The notes under the pieces: generated by a model | Seen by the model: only the letters and a program-made list of their open reading frames with translations | Told to the model about the DNA's origin: nothing | The model's database searches: none | In this document: in pieces, positions 41,711-51,493 of the stretch | Layout of the letters: each line of letters starts with the position of its first letter | Position numbering within the stretch: the first letter of the stretch is position 1 | Assembly: GCA_029258885.1 (NCBI GenBank) | Contig: JAPDJW010000001.1 | Location: forward strand, 160,001-224,000 | Direction of reading: 5' to 3' | DNA from: Thermoproteota archaeon | GTDB lineage: Archaea; Thermoproteota; Thermoprotei; Thermofilales; B9-G17 | Length of the DNA: 64,000 bases | Translations under genes and position numbers: made by a program

Positions 41711-42322
41711 TTATTTCTTTCTGGATATATATACCCTATATCCGCCAGAACTAGCTATCGTATCCACGTTACCATATACATTCTCCATAATCTCCATAAG
41801 TCTTCTACCTCCCTTATTATGACGGGCAACTATTTGAAGATAGCCATCTGGGAAAAGATAGTCGATGGATTCCTCAATTATTCTCCTTAAAATACTCATT
41901 CCAGCGGATTGGGGAGGGTTACAAATTATCGTATTAAACTTTTCGCTTTTAACGGGTTCATATAGGTAGCCCCATCTAACCTCGGCATTTCTAATTTTGT
42001 TCAATTTAAGATTAAGTTTAGCGTACTTTACTGCACGCTTATTTATATCGGTCATTACAACATACCCATTCGGTGAAAGGAGCGCGGCAACTATACCTAA
42101 AATACCGTATCCTGTGCCTAGATCCAGAATTCGCCAGCCATCGACAATTATCATTTTTTCCGCAAGTAGCCTAGTTCCTTTATCCAGCTTTTTTGCCGAA
42201 AATATACCTGATGCACTAATAATTTCGATTACAAATCCACGTAAATCTACTCTAAACCTATATTCCCTTAGGCTACTTTTAGGCTTTACCGAAAAATAAT
42301 GATTTTTAGAGTTTTTATACAT
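41711..42322 (-). CDS. Class I SAM methyltransferase (RsmC/MTS-like)
   Basis: GIFSAKKLDKGTRLL, LDLGTGYG and ICNPP motifs. Confidence 0.88.
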   Translation of the reverse strand: MYKNSKNHYFSVKPKSSLREYRFRVDLRGFVIEIISASGIFSAKKLDKGTRLLAEKMIIVDGWRILDLGTGYGILGIVAALLSPNGYVVMTDINKRAVKYAKLNLKLNKIRNAEVRWGYLYEPVKSEKFNTIICNPPQSAGMSILRRIIEESIDYLFPDGYLQIVARHNKGGRRLMEIMENVYGNVDTIASSGGYRVYISRKK

Positions 42323-42326
42323 GATA

Positions 42327-43004
42327 CTATAGAGAAATCTCCCATTTTTCGCCGGGCTTTAATATAACAACCTTAGTGGCAGGGCTATATTGCTTAACGT
42401 ACTCTTCAAACTTCTTAGGATCCTGCCTTATAGCTGGAAAAGTATTATAGTGCATCGGTATAGTCACCTTGGGGCTGAATAGCGATATGAACTTTGCTGC
42501 CTGACGTGAATCCATCGTAAAGTATCCTCCAATGGGAACTAGCGCTATATCTATTGGATATAATTCAGCATAAAGTTTAATATCATAGAAGAGCCCTGTA
42601 TCGCCTGCATGATATATGGATGTATTTTCTTCAGTAACTATGTAGCCTACCGGGGAGCCGATTTCAGACGAATGAAGGGCTGGTGTCATGACTATCTCTA
42701 GTCCTTCTACGTTAGCTACACCACCTATATTCATGCCTACTGTTTTGCTAATTCCCTCTCTAGCTGCGTGTTGAGCAATTTCATAAATGGAAACTAATGT
42801 AGCATTGAATTTTCTACATATTTTAGTAGCATCCGCATAATGATCCCCGTGGTAGTGAGTAACAAGAACCACGTCAGGAGCTGTTAATTCCTCCAACTTA
42901 ATTGGAGCAACAGGGTTTCCCGAAATCCAAGGATCGATAAGAACTACTTTCTCCTTAAGTTTTATTTCAAAAGATGCATGCCCGAGCCATCTTATGTAGC
43001 CCAT
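42327..43004 (-). CDS. UPF0173 metal-dependent hydrolase (MBL fold)
   Basis: WLGHASF, IDPWI, THYHGDH, YHAGDTG and IPMHYNTF motifs. Confidence 0.92.
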   Translation of the reverse strand: MGYIRWLGHASFEIKLKEKVVLIDPWISGNPVAPIKLEELTAPDVVLVTHYHGDHYADATKICRKFNATLVSIYEIAQHAAREGISKTVGMNIGGVANVEGLEIVMTPALHSSEIGSPVGYIVTEENTSIYHAGDTGLFYDIKLYAELYPIDIALVPIGGYFTMDSRQAAKFISLFSPKVTIPMHYNTFPAIRQDPKKFEEYVKQYSPATKVVILKPGEKWEISL

Positions 43005-43019
43005 TCTCTTCCACCTCTT

Positions 43020-43664
43020 TTAGGCTGATAAGGGGGAGCCACATTTCGGGCAGAATTTAGTGTCGGGTAGAGTTAGTGTTCCACATTGTTTACATCTAAT
43101 TGCGCCTAGGCTTACAGCTTTTTCCTCTAGCTCCTTCAGCTTCAGTATCATTTCATCCCTCTTCTTAACGTAGTCGCTTCTAATCTTTTCATATATTTCC
43201 GGAGAAACCCTATCCCTTAAGTCATCGAGAAGCTGTATTTGATCAGTGAACTCCTTAATAGTCCTCTTTCTATCCTCAATATCCTTCAACAACTTTATAA
43301 GCTCCTCCCGTGCTTCCTCAGAAATAGCTGGTACCACTTTTTCAACCCTAGGAGGCGGAGGCATTTCCACTTTAGGCGGTTTTTCCACAGTTATTGGCTG
43401 AATTTTGGCTGCTTTCTCTTCCGGAACTTCAGGCTTAGGTTGCAGCATGGGAGCTACGGCTACTTTTTCCTCGATAACTTCAGCTTTAGGAATTGCTGGT
43501 GCTTTTTCCTCGGTTTTGGAAATAGGTTTTAAACATGGAGGATCGTCAGGGTTCTCGATGTTGACTCCCAGCTTTAAGCATCTTCGTCTACTAGTTGAGT
43601 AAAATATACAGTTTAAGCACGACCTTGGATTCAAATCTTTTTCACCTACTTCAACTTTATACAT
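43020..43664 (-). CDS. Hypothetical protein: Cys motif, Pro/Glu/Lys linker, coiled coil, C-terminal zinc ribbon
   Basis: CLNC...C...C; EEK/PPP low-complexity linker; ISPEIYEKIRSDY-like helix; CKQCG...FCPKCG. Confidence 0.75.
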   Translation of the reverse strand: MYKVEVGEKDLNPRSCLNCIFYSTSRRRCLKLGVNIENPDDPPCLKPISKTEEKAPAIPKAEVIEEKVAVAPMLQPKPEVPEEKAAKIQPITVEKPPKVEMPPPPRVEKVVPAISEEAREELIKLLKDIEDRKRTIKEFTDQIQLLDDLRDRVSPEIYEKIRSDYVKKRDEMILKLKELEEKAVSLGAIRCKQCGTLTLPDTKFCPKCGSPLSA

Positions 43665-43822
43665 ATTACAGCCAGTTAATATTTGTAGCTATTCGTTAAT
43701 ATAATTACACCATAAAAGCTTATGCATAATAGGAATCAATATGTTAAATTTAAAGGCATAACGAAGGGTGACTAATTTATTAAATTTAGTTTTATAGATT
43801 TTATTACCAAATATCATCTGCA

Positions 43823-44692
43823 TTAAAGATGTTTGCTTAATAACTTTGGAATTTCTGATGGAATGCTAGCTACAGCTACGCCGTTTTTTCTTAAAGCTTT
43901 AACCTTGCTCTCGTAATCTCCCATTCCAAGCATTATTATTGCACCAGCGTGTCCCATCCTTTTTTCAGGGGGCGCGGTTTTGCCAGCAATATATGCAACC
44001 ACAGGTTTTGGATAATTTGTTTTAGCAATATATTCAGCGGTTCTTTCCTCCATATCTCCTCCGATTTCGCCGACTATAATCACAGCCTTAGTCTGAGGAT
44101 CTTCCTTAAACATTTCTAGAACTTCGATGAAGTTTAGGCCAGTTACAGGATCCCCTCCTATGCCCACAGCTGTCGTTATGCCATAGCCATGGTTAGCTAA
44201 AACCCTAGCTATTTCATAGGTTAAGGTTCCGCTCCTGGAAACTAACCCTATCTCTCCTTCCTTAAACATACTTGCTGGCATAATGCCCAGTTTACATTGA
44301 CCTGGAGTAATAACTCCAGGAGTGTTGGGTCCTATTATGTATATGTTCTTGAGCTTAGCATAGCGTATAAACTTGAGGGTTTCATGAACAGGTATATGTT
44401 CCGTTATAACTACTATTGGGTTAAGCTCTGCGTCAATTGCTTCAAAGACTGCGTCTGATGCATACTTAGCAGGTACAAATATTATTGAAGCGTCGGCATT
44501 GTGTTCACGTAGAGCTTCTTTAATAGTGTTATAGACTGGGACTCCATGTATCATCATACCGCCCTTGCCCGGAGTAACTCCCGCTACTATCTTTGTTCCA
44601 TACTCAAGCATTAACCTAGTGTGGAAGCTGCCTTCACGACCAGTAATACCTTGAACTATAACCCTAGTATCTTTACCTACGAGGATTGCCAT
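43823..44692 (-). CDS. sucD: Succinyl-CoA synthetase alpha subunit
   Basis: [24 protein letters not shown] and RMGHAGA (phospho-His) motifs. Confidence 0.96.
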   Translation of the reverse strand: MAILVGKDTRVIVQGITGREGSFHTRLMLEYGTKIVAGVTPGKGGMMIHGVPVYNTIKEALREHNADASIIFVPAKYASDAVFEAIDAELNPIVVITEHIPVHETLKFIRYAKLKNIYIIGPNTPGVITPGQCKLGIMPASMFKEGEIGLVSRSGTLTYEIARVLANHGYGITTAVGIGGDPVTGLNFIEVLEMFKEDPQTKAVIIVGEIGGDMEERTAEYIAKTNYPKPVVAYIAGKTAPPEKRMGHAGAIIMLGMGDYESKVKALRKNGVAVASIPSEIPKLLSKHL

Positions 44693-45828
44693 TACATCGC
44701 CTCCTTGACTAAATTTACTACATGCTTTGCAGCTTCATTCATATCTGAAAAAGCCTTTATACCGTACTCCGACAATATTTTTCTCCCTTCTTCCTCTCTT
44801 GTCCCTATCATCCTGACGACTATAGGCTTCTTCACATTTACGGATGTTATTGCGTCAACTATTCCTCTCGCAACTTCATCGCATCTTGTAATTCCACCAA
44901 GAATATTGATGAAAACAGCCTTTATTCTATCATTTCTCAATAAAATCAGTAATGCCTCCCTTACTCTCTCAGCGTTAGCACCACCACCTATATCCAGGAA
45001 GTTCGCCGCTCTTCCGCCAAAATATTCTATTATATCCATTGATGCCATGGTTAAACCAGCTCCATTGCCGATTATGCCTATATCCCCATCTAGCTCTACG
45101 TAGCTGAAGCCGTACTTCTTGGCAACTTTCTCATTCTCATTTAGCCTCATATAATATTTCTCTGCAAGTTCCTTATGCTTAAATAAGGAGTTATCATCAA
45201 TTATGATCCTAGCATCAACAGCTATTATTTTATTATCTCGGGTTATGACGAGAGGATTGGATTCAACTAGTTCACAGTCATAGTCTATGAAGACTTGATA
45301 CATTTTCCTAGCTATAAGAGATGCTTCTTTTCTAAGTTTCTCGTCCAGACGTAGACTAGCAACTACGCCCCTAACGTGGAAATCCTTTAATCCGATTAAG
45401 GGATCTATAAAATACTTACTGATCATTTCTGGGTATTGATGGGCTATCTCCTCTATCTCCATACCTCCTATCCTAGAGGCTATTATCACTGTCTTCCTTA
45501 GAAATCTATCAATGGTTATGCTTAGGTACATTTCTCTGGCTATATCGACTCTTTCGACGACTAGAATTTTCTCTATCTTATACCCCTTAATCGATCGTTT
45601 GAACATTTCTCTAGCCTTAGCTTCAGCTTCCTCCGGCGTATCTGCAAACAGTATTCCTCCAGCCTTACCTCTACCAGCTACTGGGACTTGAGCTTTTAAG
45701 ACCACAGGTCTATTTAATTCCTCAGCTATCTTTCGTACTTCAGCGGGCGAAACAGCAAGGCCGCCACGCTGAACAGGTATACCATATTTTGCAAATATAT
45801 CCTTAGCCTCGTATTCGTACAGCTTCAA
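44692..45828 (-). CDS. sucC: Succinyl-CoA synthetase beta subunit
   Basis: KLYEYEAK, KAQVPVAGRGKAGG, GNGAGLTMA and NFLDIGGG motifs. TTG start at 45828 follows a GGTGA SD; the track's 46044 start overlaps another gene. Confidence 0.95.
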   Translation of the reverse strand: MKLYEYEAKDIFAKYGIPVQRGGLAVSPAEVRKIAEELNRPVVLKAQVPVAGRGKAGGILFADTPEEAEAKAREMFKRSIKGYKIEKILVVERVDIAREMYLSITIDRFLRKTVIIASRIGGMEIEEIAHQYPEMISKYFIDPLIGLKDFHVRGVVASLRLDEKLRKEASLIARKMYQVFIDYDCELVESNPLVITRDNKIIAVDARIIIDDNSLFKHKELAEKYYMRLNENEKVAKKYGFSYVELDGDIGIIGNGAGLTMASMDIIEYFGGRAANFLDIGGGANAERVREALLILLRNDRIKAVFINILGGITRCDEVARGIVDAITSVNVKKPIVVRMIGTREEEGRKILSEYGIKAFSDMNEAAKHVVNLVKEAM

Positions 45829-45839
45829 GATTTCACCAT

Positions 45840-46700
45840 TCAGATGTAGAGGAACGGAAATATAAGTGTTGAGAGTATAATGTATGCTATGTAGGCAAGT
45901 ATCCCAGCTGCAAATCCTTTGGCTCCGCTTAATTTCGTTATACTTAAACAAAATGCAATGTTTAATACTAAGCCCCAAAGCACTACAAATGTATAGATGG
46001 CTGTAGTTACCTGCCCTAATTCCAGCGGAAAATATTTCATCCATTCATTTATTGACAACTTCACATAGTAGTTGTACTTCCATATACTAGCTCCATAGGG
46101 AACCACAACCTCTAGCTCAGGCACATGAATGACAACTATACTTTTCACTATAAGGTCGATTAAGGAGCCAAGCATTCTAGCACTTAAAACATAGCCTACA
46201 GCTGAGTAACCTGAGGACGCCGTCGATCCGAAAAGTTTCGAAACAAGATAGTTTGTAAAATAGAGTATGATCCATGTAAATATCAGATTTACTGAGAAAA
46301 GCAGGGCTTGTAACGCAATAATGTTCTGACCTATATCCAGAAACTTAAATTTATTAAAAGCTGTTGCGTTAACAAAGTATATTCTAATGTATTTACTGCT
46401 GGCTTCGGCTGTATAGTTTCCGAGTAGCTCTCCCTCTCCTAGCAATAAACATACCCTATTCAATACGAGAATTGTAGATAAGCTCTGAAATATTACCGTA
46501 AGAACTATCGCTAAAATCGGTCCAAGTTTATCGGGAGTTTTCGCTATCTCATCGTATGTAGTGAATGGGTTGTAGAGAACCCTGATTACACGTAAGATAG
46601 CGTTAGACAGTTTTTCAAGCAGTGTTTTCTTTTCGGGTTGAATATATATAACAACGTATTCCCTTTTTTTCCTAGCCTCAGTAAAGGGGAAGTGCATCAT
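45840..46700 (-). CDS. Yip1-like multi-pass membrane protein
   Basis: LYNPFTTYDEI opening pattern followed by about five hydrophobic segments. Confidence 0.7.
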   Translation of the reverse strand: MMHFPFTEARKKREYVVIYIQPEKKTLLEKLSNAILRVIRVLYNPFTTYDEIAKTPDKLGPILAIVLTVIFQSLSTILVLNRVCLLLGEGELLGNYTAEASSKYIRIYFVNATAFNKFKFLDIGQNIIALQALLFSVNLIFTWIILYFTNYLVSKLFGSTASSGYSAVGYVLSARMLGSLIDLIVKSIVVIHVPELEVVVPYGASIWKYNYYVKLSINEWMKYFPLELGQVTTAIYTFVVLWGLVLNIAFCLSITKLSGAKGFAAGILAYIAYIILSTLIFPFLYI

Positions 46701-46733
46701 GCATCATCCTGGGGACAGCTTGTCATCATCGAA
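46674..46733 (-). ncRNA. Candidate C/D box sRNA overlapping the start of the Yip1-like ORF
   Basis: Minus strand: C ATGATGA, guide CAAGCTGTCCCC, D' AGGA, C'-like TGATGCA (duplicated), guide CTTCCCCTTTA, D CTGA. Confidence 0.45.
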
Positions 46734-46777
46734 CAAGAACCCATCTTAAGAGAATACTTTCTAACTATATATTAATT

Positions 46778-49700
46778 TTAAGACGGTAGTTTATTCATTT
46801 TCCTGAACTTGAAATATGCTATAGATGCTACCAAAGCCACGAAAACTACGAGTACTACGTCGAACATGCTTATGTCTTCATTTAAAGGTATCCTTAACTC
46901 AACGCTACATAAGTTTTCGCCAGATATTACTAGCTTAATACCTTCACGCCCTACCTTCAGCCTATGGAAGGATAGCTGTAGAATTCTGTACTCGAGAGGT
47001 TTCAGCGTCTTTAATTCGGTATAATTTAAAGTCCTTCCATCTTCTAAATTTTCTAGCCTAACGCTTAAGTTTCTTAAATAGAGGAACTTACTCGGATTAT
47101 ATACCTTAACATATACAATAATTCTATCGTATTTCTTAACCATATTGTGCTTAACAATGTTTACAATAATTTTATCTCTATAAACTCTACGGCTTAATGG
47201 AAGACATATCTTATTCCCTGGGCATGAGATACGCTGAACAGCTAACTCTATGGTTCCGTTGGATGAAGGCTTTATCTCCAACTTAAAGATTCGGTCGGCT
47301 ATTTTCTCAACCCTAGCGTTGTCTATTTCTAGCAGATTCAAAGGATAATTACTCTCTAGAAATACTGTAATTAAGTAATTATCGCCTGTCACATTAACTA
47401 CATTTAAATATACTCCTATTACTCGAATGATTAAAGAATTAATAGCTCTTATTGAAAATGGGCCTTCAGCCGATATGTATATGGCAGAAGCATCTCTTAT
47501 ATCTCTAGCATTAATACTTAGCAAGTATAATCCGGGCTCTACTTCTACAGCCTTTCCTGAAACATTAGCTACCATATCTACATTAGACGCATAGCTACCA
47601 TTGTGTGCCCATGTAACAGCTATACGCATTTCGATTTTTCCTTTAATGTAATATATTTCCCTACATTTAATCGAGTATCCCGTGAATACTAGCCTTAAGC
47701 TATATGGCAATTTTATAACTCTGGAGGAGTTCTTCTCCAGTAAGTAGAACTGATAGATTCCGTCGCTTGGATAATTACATGAAACATTAAAGCCAGTTTT
47801 TGTCCCATTTAAGGGCAGGACAATTTCAACCCCTGGCCCAGTGACGAGGAGATTATACCTATTAGAGAAATCAGGTGTCGTATTTAGACCAATATTTACC
47901 AGTATTTTTTCTTTGACGTTTGCTAGTGTTCTCTCAGGTGTAATGCTCATGTAGATATTGGAATAAAGCACGTTAATTTTGCATGGAATGTATGCCCGTA
48001 TTCCGTGAGAGGCTGGAGTAATCGGTATTATCTCAAGAGTTAAGTTTTTGAAACTACCTATTAGTCCACCTAAATCTAACGCTAAGACTCCTGTACCGTT
48101 TTTAAGAGCACATCGCTTCCCAATTTCGTTGCATATTACAGTTATTGAAACAGGTTTATCGTTATGGGCAAATGTTGCTCTTAAACATACCCTAGTAGTA
48201 CTTGCTTTATCGTTGATAAGGTAGATTCTACAGTCGCTTGACAGCCTGATATAAGTAAAAATCACCCTCGGTGTATCTATCAAAAATTTGCTTACGTTAT
48301 TCACTGCCGTTAGCAGTCTCGCATAAATCTGCAAGCACCTGGCTCTATGAGAGCTGATTTCAAGAAAAGAGGGTAGAAGCAGAGTTCTAGTAATGTTAAG
48401 ATCCGGGATACATACCTCTACGGGAACCTCATTTATTTCTCTTTGATTGTGTCCCCAATAGGCTTTAAGTGAAAGAACAACTGTATCATTTACGTTAGCC
48501 CATATGTATTCGTTATCAATATCAGTAAATCCAGAGACTGCGTTTGCCTTAATGATAATTTCCGTTGAGATAATGCTGACCTTAACGATATTACTTACGT
48601 TATTGCCGTGATACGTAACGACGAATGTTAAGTTATGTACTCCTGTGGGAGCCTTAAATGAAATTACGGCTGTACCATTTATAACGGGGGCCTGAAGCTC
48701 ATTGCTTAAGCATTTCACAAGGTAGTCTTCAGGTATCCTGTACCCTGTCAGATTCCACCTGACATAGAATCGCAGATACACGGTAGATTCAGAGTTGATC
48801 CATACGAGATTTCTCACAGGTATTAGTTGCGGGCCTATCCATGTTATCGTGAATGAGAAGCAATTATTGGATTTAAATCCATGTATTGGGTCTAAAACGC
48901 TTAGTGTATAGTTTCTTTTCCCTATTCTTTCCTCGCTGAGAGTAATTACGACGGTATCATTGCATGCTATTTCGCTTGAATTGATGTAGATAATCAGCTG
49001 TTTAACATCCTTATGCGTATGCTCCCACATCGCCTTAAGAGTTATCTGTGCTTCGCATCCGACCGGAATGGTATCCGTGAAATTCAATACTCGGAACTTA
49101 ATCCTAGTCCATGTAATATTCCTTATAATGAAGTCGCCGTAGAGCTTCGTGATATTGTAGGGAGAGTTAATAACATATAATTTGTAGCTAAATATGCCCG
49201 TAGTATTTTCTGTAAGGTATACTTTCAGGATACCGTTAATACACTGAAATAAATCCGATTTTCCTCTTAACGAGAAGAGAGCTCTATCAACTGCCGTATC
49301 GTTATGGGCCCATGATACGTTTAAGCAAATACATATGGTTTTTCCAACTTCAATCCAAGCCAAGGATTCGTTTAGAAGCCTTAAACGTAACCCTGTCCAT
49401 GCTATACTAAATCTAGTCTTGCCAGAGACGTAGGTTATGCCGTTTGGATATGTATGAATGGATATAGTGTAGATTTCCCTACAGATGGAATCGCTAGTCA
49501 ACTCTAGGGTCAATGGAAGAAAACCTGAAGCCGTATATAGACCGTCGGTAGATCGTATAGATGTTTTTATCTCCCCGATTTCCTCTCCATTATGGCTCCA
49601 GTAGGCCCTAATGGAGACTTTCACCCTTTCTCCAGCATTGGCTATTTCCTTTGACTTAACCTGAATTACAATTCTTGTAAAAACTATGCTAAAGCCTAAA

Positions 49701-51334
49701 TTGTCTTTAATAAGGCATACATTTCGTCCATCTAAGCATGCCGTAAGTTGGCATCTAATAGCTGTATCATTAAGTCCACCATACTGAAGTATGGCAGCTC
49801 CGTTCTCATCAGTCTTTGAATGTATACCATTTAAAGTATCGACAATAAAGATTCCTTGCGCAGGTGTTCCATTAAACCATATTACATTAACTCTTACGGT
49901 TATGTTATCTCCACTGTTAACCCAGAAGCTCCGAGTATTTTCATCGAAGTATTTATCTGAATTCAGCCCTGCAAATACCACACCATGCCATGTGATTGAA
50001 AATAATTTAGTTGCAGAAATATGTGTATATGGTATAGACGCTGTGACACTATAGTTCCTTCTGCCGACGTTATTCTCATAGATCATAAAAGTAGTTTCCC
50101 CCCATGAATTGGTGACGTTCTTTACCCCTGTAGGCTTAAGAAAGACTTCAGCACTAGTTACAGGCGAGCTATTGTGAACCCATTTTAACAGTATGTTAAT
50201 GCGCATTTGATTTCCTATGCAATAGTCGGTTGGATGAAGTACATCTATACATACATCTGTGACTATAATTCGTGCAATTTTGAATCCGCATCTCGTTTCA
50301 TTGTACCATAGTGCACCTACCCAAAACTCTCCATAGGTTTCCGGTGCCGTTATTTTATAGCCATCGGCTTCACCTATTATATTGTAATAGGCATCGTAAA
50401 GAATGAGCTTTATACGTCCACCTGAAATGTTTCCGAGGAGCATTACGTCAATCATTTCCCTAGGCTTAAAATAGTTGTCAGCATGCCCCCTATAGCATGG
50501 TATAACTTTACTAATGGTATTTCTAGACCTAAATTGAAGAACATGGCTCTTACGAGCATTAAACGTAATGTTCCTTCCGGTAGCTACCCCATCTAACCTT
50601 ATATCGAAGTAAAATGATGGTAGGTATATGAAACCACTTTCATATAGGTCGCTGGAATTTATGCTAACCATATGCTCTACATTTTCGCTCGTTGTAAGGT
50701 ATGCCTCATGCCTGGCCGTAGAGTTATCGTAGATGACTAGGGAGAGCTGACTTATGGTTAGACGTGAATTAACGTATGAACATTCTGTTCCTGAGGTATA
50801 GAATATGAATGAAAGCCTTAATTTCCCTCTTTTTCCAGTAATAACGTTAAACCTATACCTAGTAGAATTTCTGTTTAAAAATATATCATTCCTGTAAACC
50901 TCTTCTCCATTAAGGGTTAAAACGAGCTTTAATTTGCTTATGTATGAAGCGTTTTCCCTCGTTATTGCTTGCAACATCGCATAGAAGGATATTGTAATTC
51001 TCCAGTTTCCAGCTATAACGGTAGTGGATATATTGGATTTAATATATGCGCCTTTAGCAAGAATTATATGGTTAAGCATAATCTTTTTATCCTTAGCTAG
51101 GTAGCGTACGTACGCATCTCCCTTTTTCTCGAATGTATGGCTCAGCTGTCTTCCACTAATGTCTAAAGATCTAGCTAAGGTAACATAGATCCCGCTAAGC
51201 TCTATTCTATGCGTAGGAGAACTAATTGCTGTCACAAAAGTATAGCTATCTGACAAAAATATAATGCTAAATAGGAGAATTAAAGTGAAAACATGAACTA
51301 TTCTGTTTGTAATAAATATTCCAGGTTGAATCAA
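46778..51334 (-). CDS. Large secreted, C-terminally anchored surface protein with beta-rich repeats
   Basis: N-terminal hydrophobic signal, recurring W-x-HN and F-x-I-x-W-T/x-G motifs, many N-x-S/T sequons, C-terminal TM (VVLVVFVALVASIAYF) plus basic tail. Confidence 0.88.
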   Translation of the reverse strand: MIQPGIFITNRIVHVFTLILLFSIIFLSDSYTFVTAISSPTHRIELSGIYVTLARSLDISGRQLSHTFEKKGDAYVRYLAKDKKIMLNHIILAKGAYIKSNISTTVIAGNWRITISFYAMLQAITRENASYISKLKLVLTLNGEEVYRNDIFLNRNSTRYRFNVITGKRGKLRLSFIFYTSGTECSYVNSRLTISQLSLVIYDNSTARHEAYLTTSENVEHMVSINSSDLYESGFIYLPSFYFDIRLDGVATGRNITFNARKSHVLQFRSRNTISKVIPCYRGHADNYFKPREMIDVMLLGNISGGRIKLILYDAYYNIIGEADGYKITAPETYGEFWVGALWYNETRCGFKIARIIVTDVCIDVLHPTDYCIGNQMRINILLKWVHNSSPVTSAEVFLKPTGVKNVTNSWGETTFMIYENNVGRRNYSVTASIPYTHISATKLFSITWHGVVFAGLNSDKYFDENTRSFWVNSGDNITVRVNVIWFNGTPAQGIFIVDTLNGIHSKTDENGAAILQYGGLNDTAIRCQLTACLDGRNVCLIKDNLGFSIVFTRIVIQVKSKEIANAGERVKVSIRAYWSHNGEEIGEIKTSIRSTDGLYTASGFLPLTLELTSDSICREIYTISIHTYPNGITYVSGKTRFSIAWTGLRLRLLNESLAWIEVGKTICICLNVSWAHNDTAVDRALFSLRGKSDLFQCINGILKVYLTENTTGIFSYKLYVINSPYNITKLYGDFIIRNITWTRIKFRVLNFTDTIPVGCEAQITLKAMWEHTHKDVKQLIIYINSSEIACNDTVVITLSEERIGKRNYTLSVLDPIHGFKSNNCFSFTITWIGPQLIPVRNLVWINSESTVYLRFYVRWNLTGYRIPEDYLVKCLSNELQAPVINGTAVISFKAPTGVHNLTFVVTYHGNNVSNIVKVSIISTEIIIKANAVSGFTDIDNEYIWANVNDTVVLSLKAYWGHNQREINEVPVEVCIPDLNITRTLLLPSFLEISSHRARCLQIYARLLTAVNNVSKFLIDTPRVIFTYIRLSSDCRIYLINDKASTTRVCLRATFAHNDKPVSITVICNEIGKRCALKNGTGVLALDLGGLIGSFKNLTLEIIPITPASHGIRAYIPCKINVLYSNIYMSITPERTLANVKEKILVNIGLNTTPDFSNRYNLLVTGPGVEIVLPLNGTKTGFNVSCNYPSDGIYQFYLLEKNSSRVIKLPYSLRLVFTGYSIKCREIYYIKGKIEMRIAVTWAHNGSYASNVDMVANVSGKAVEVEPGLYLLSINARDIRDASAIYISAEGPFSIRAINSLIIRVIGVYLNVVNVTGDNYLITVFLESNYPLNLLEIDNARVEKIADRIFKLEIKPSSNGTIELAVQRISCPGNKICLPLSRRVYRDKIIVNIVKHNMVKKYDRIIVYVKVYNPSKFLYLRNLSVRLENLEDGRTLNYTELKTLKPLEYRILQLSFHRLKVGREGIKLVISGENLCSVELRIPLNEDISMFDVVLVVFVALVASIAYFKFRKMNKLPS

Positions 51335-51493
51335 GCCCCCTTAACTTATTATCAAGTTTTAATATTACTCTGCGGGATACTATGGCGAGTATCTGTGCTC
51401 GTTATAGCGTTTGCCCCCAAAATAAAATAAAGGAGTTTATGCTGGCATGACAGGTTAATCATTAGAAGAAGCAAATATATACACGATGACCTG

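Noticed and set aside
44692-46044. 450-aa SucC with a 72-aa N-terminal extension
   Set aside because: The extension overlaps the Yip1-like gene out of frame. The family-typical start (TTG-KLYEYEAK) has its own GGTGA SD.
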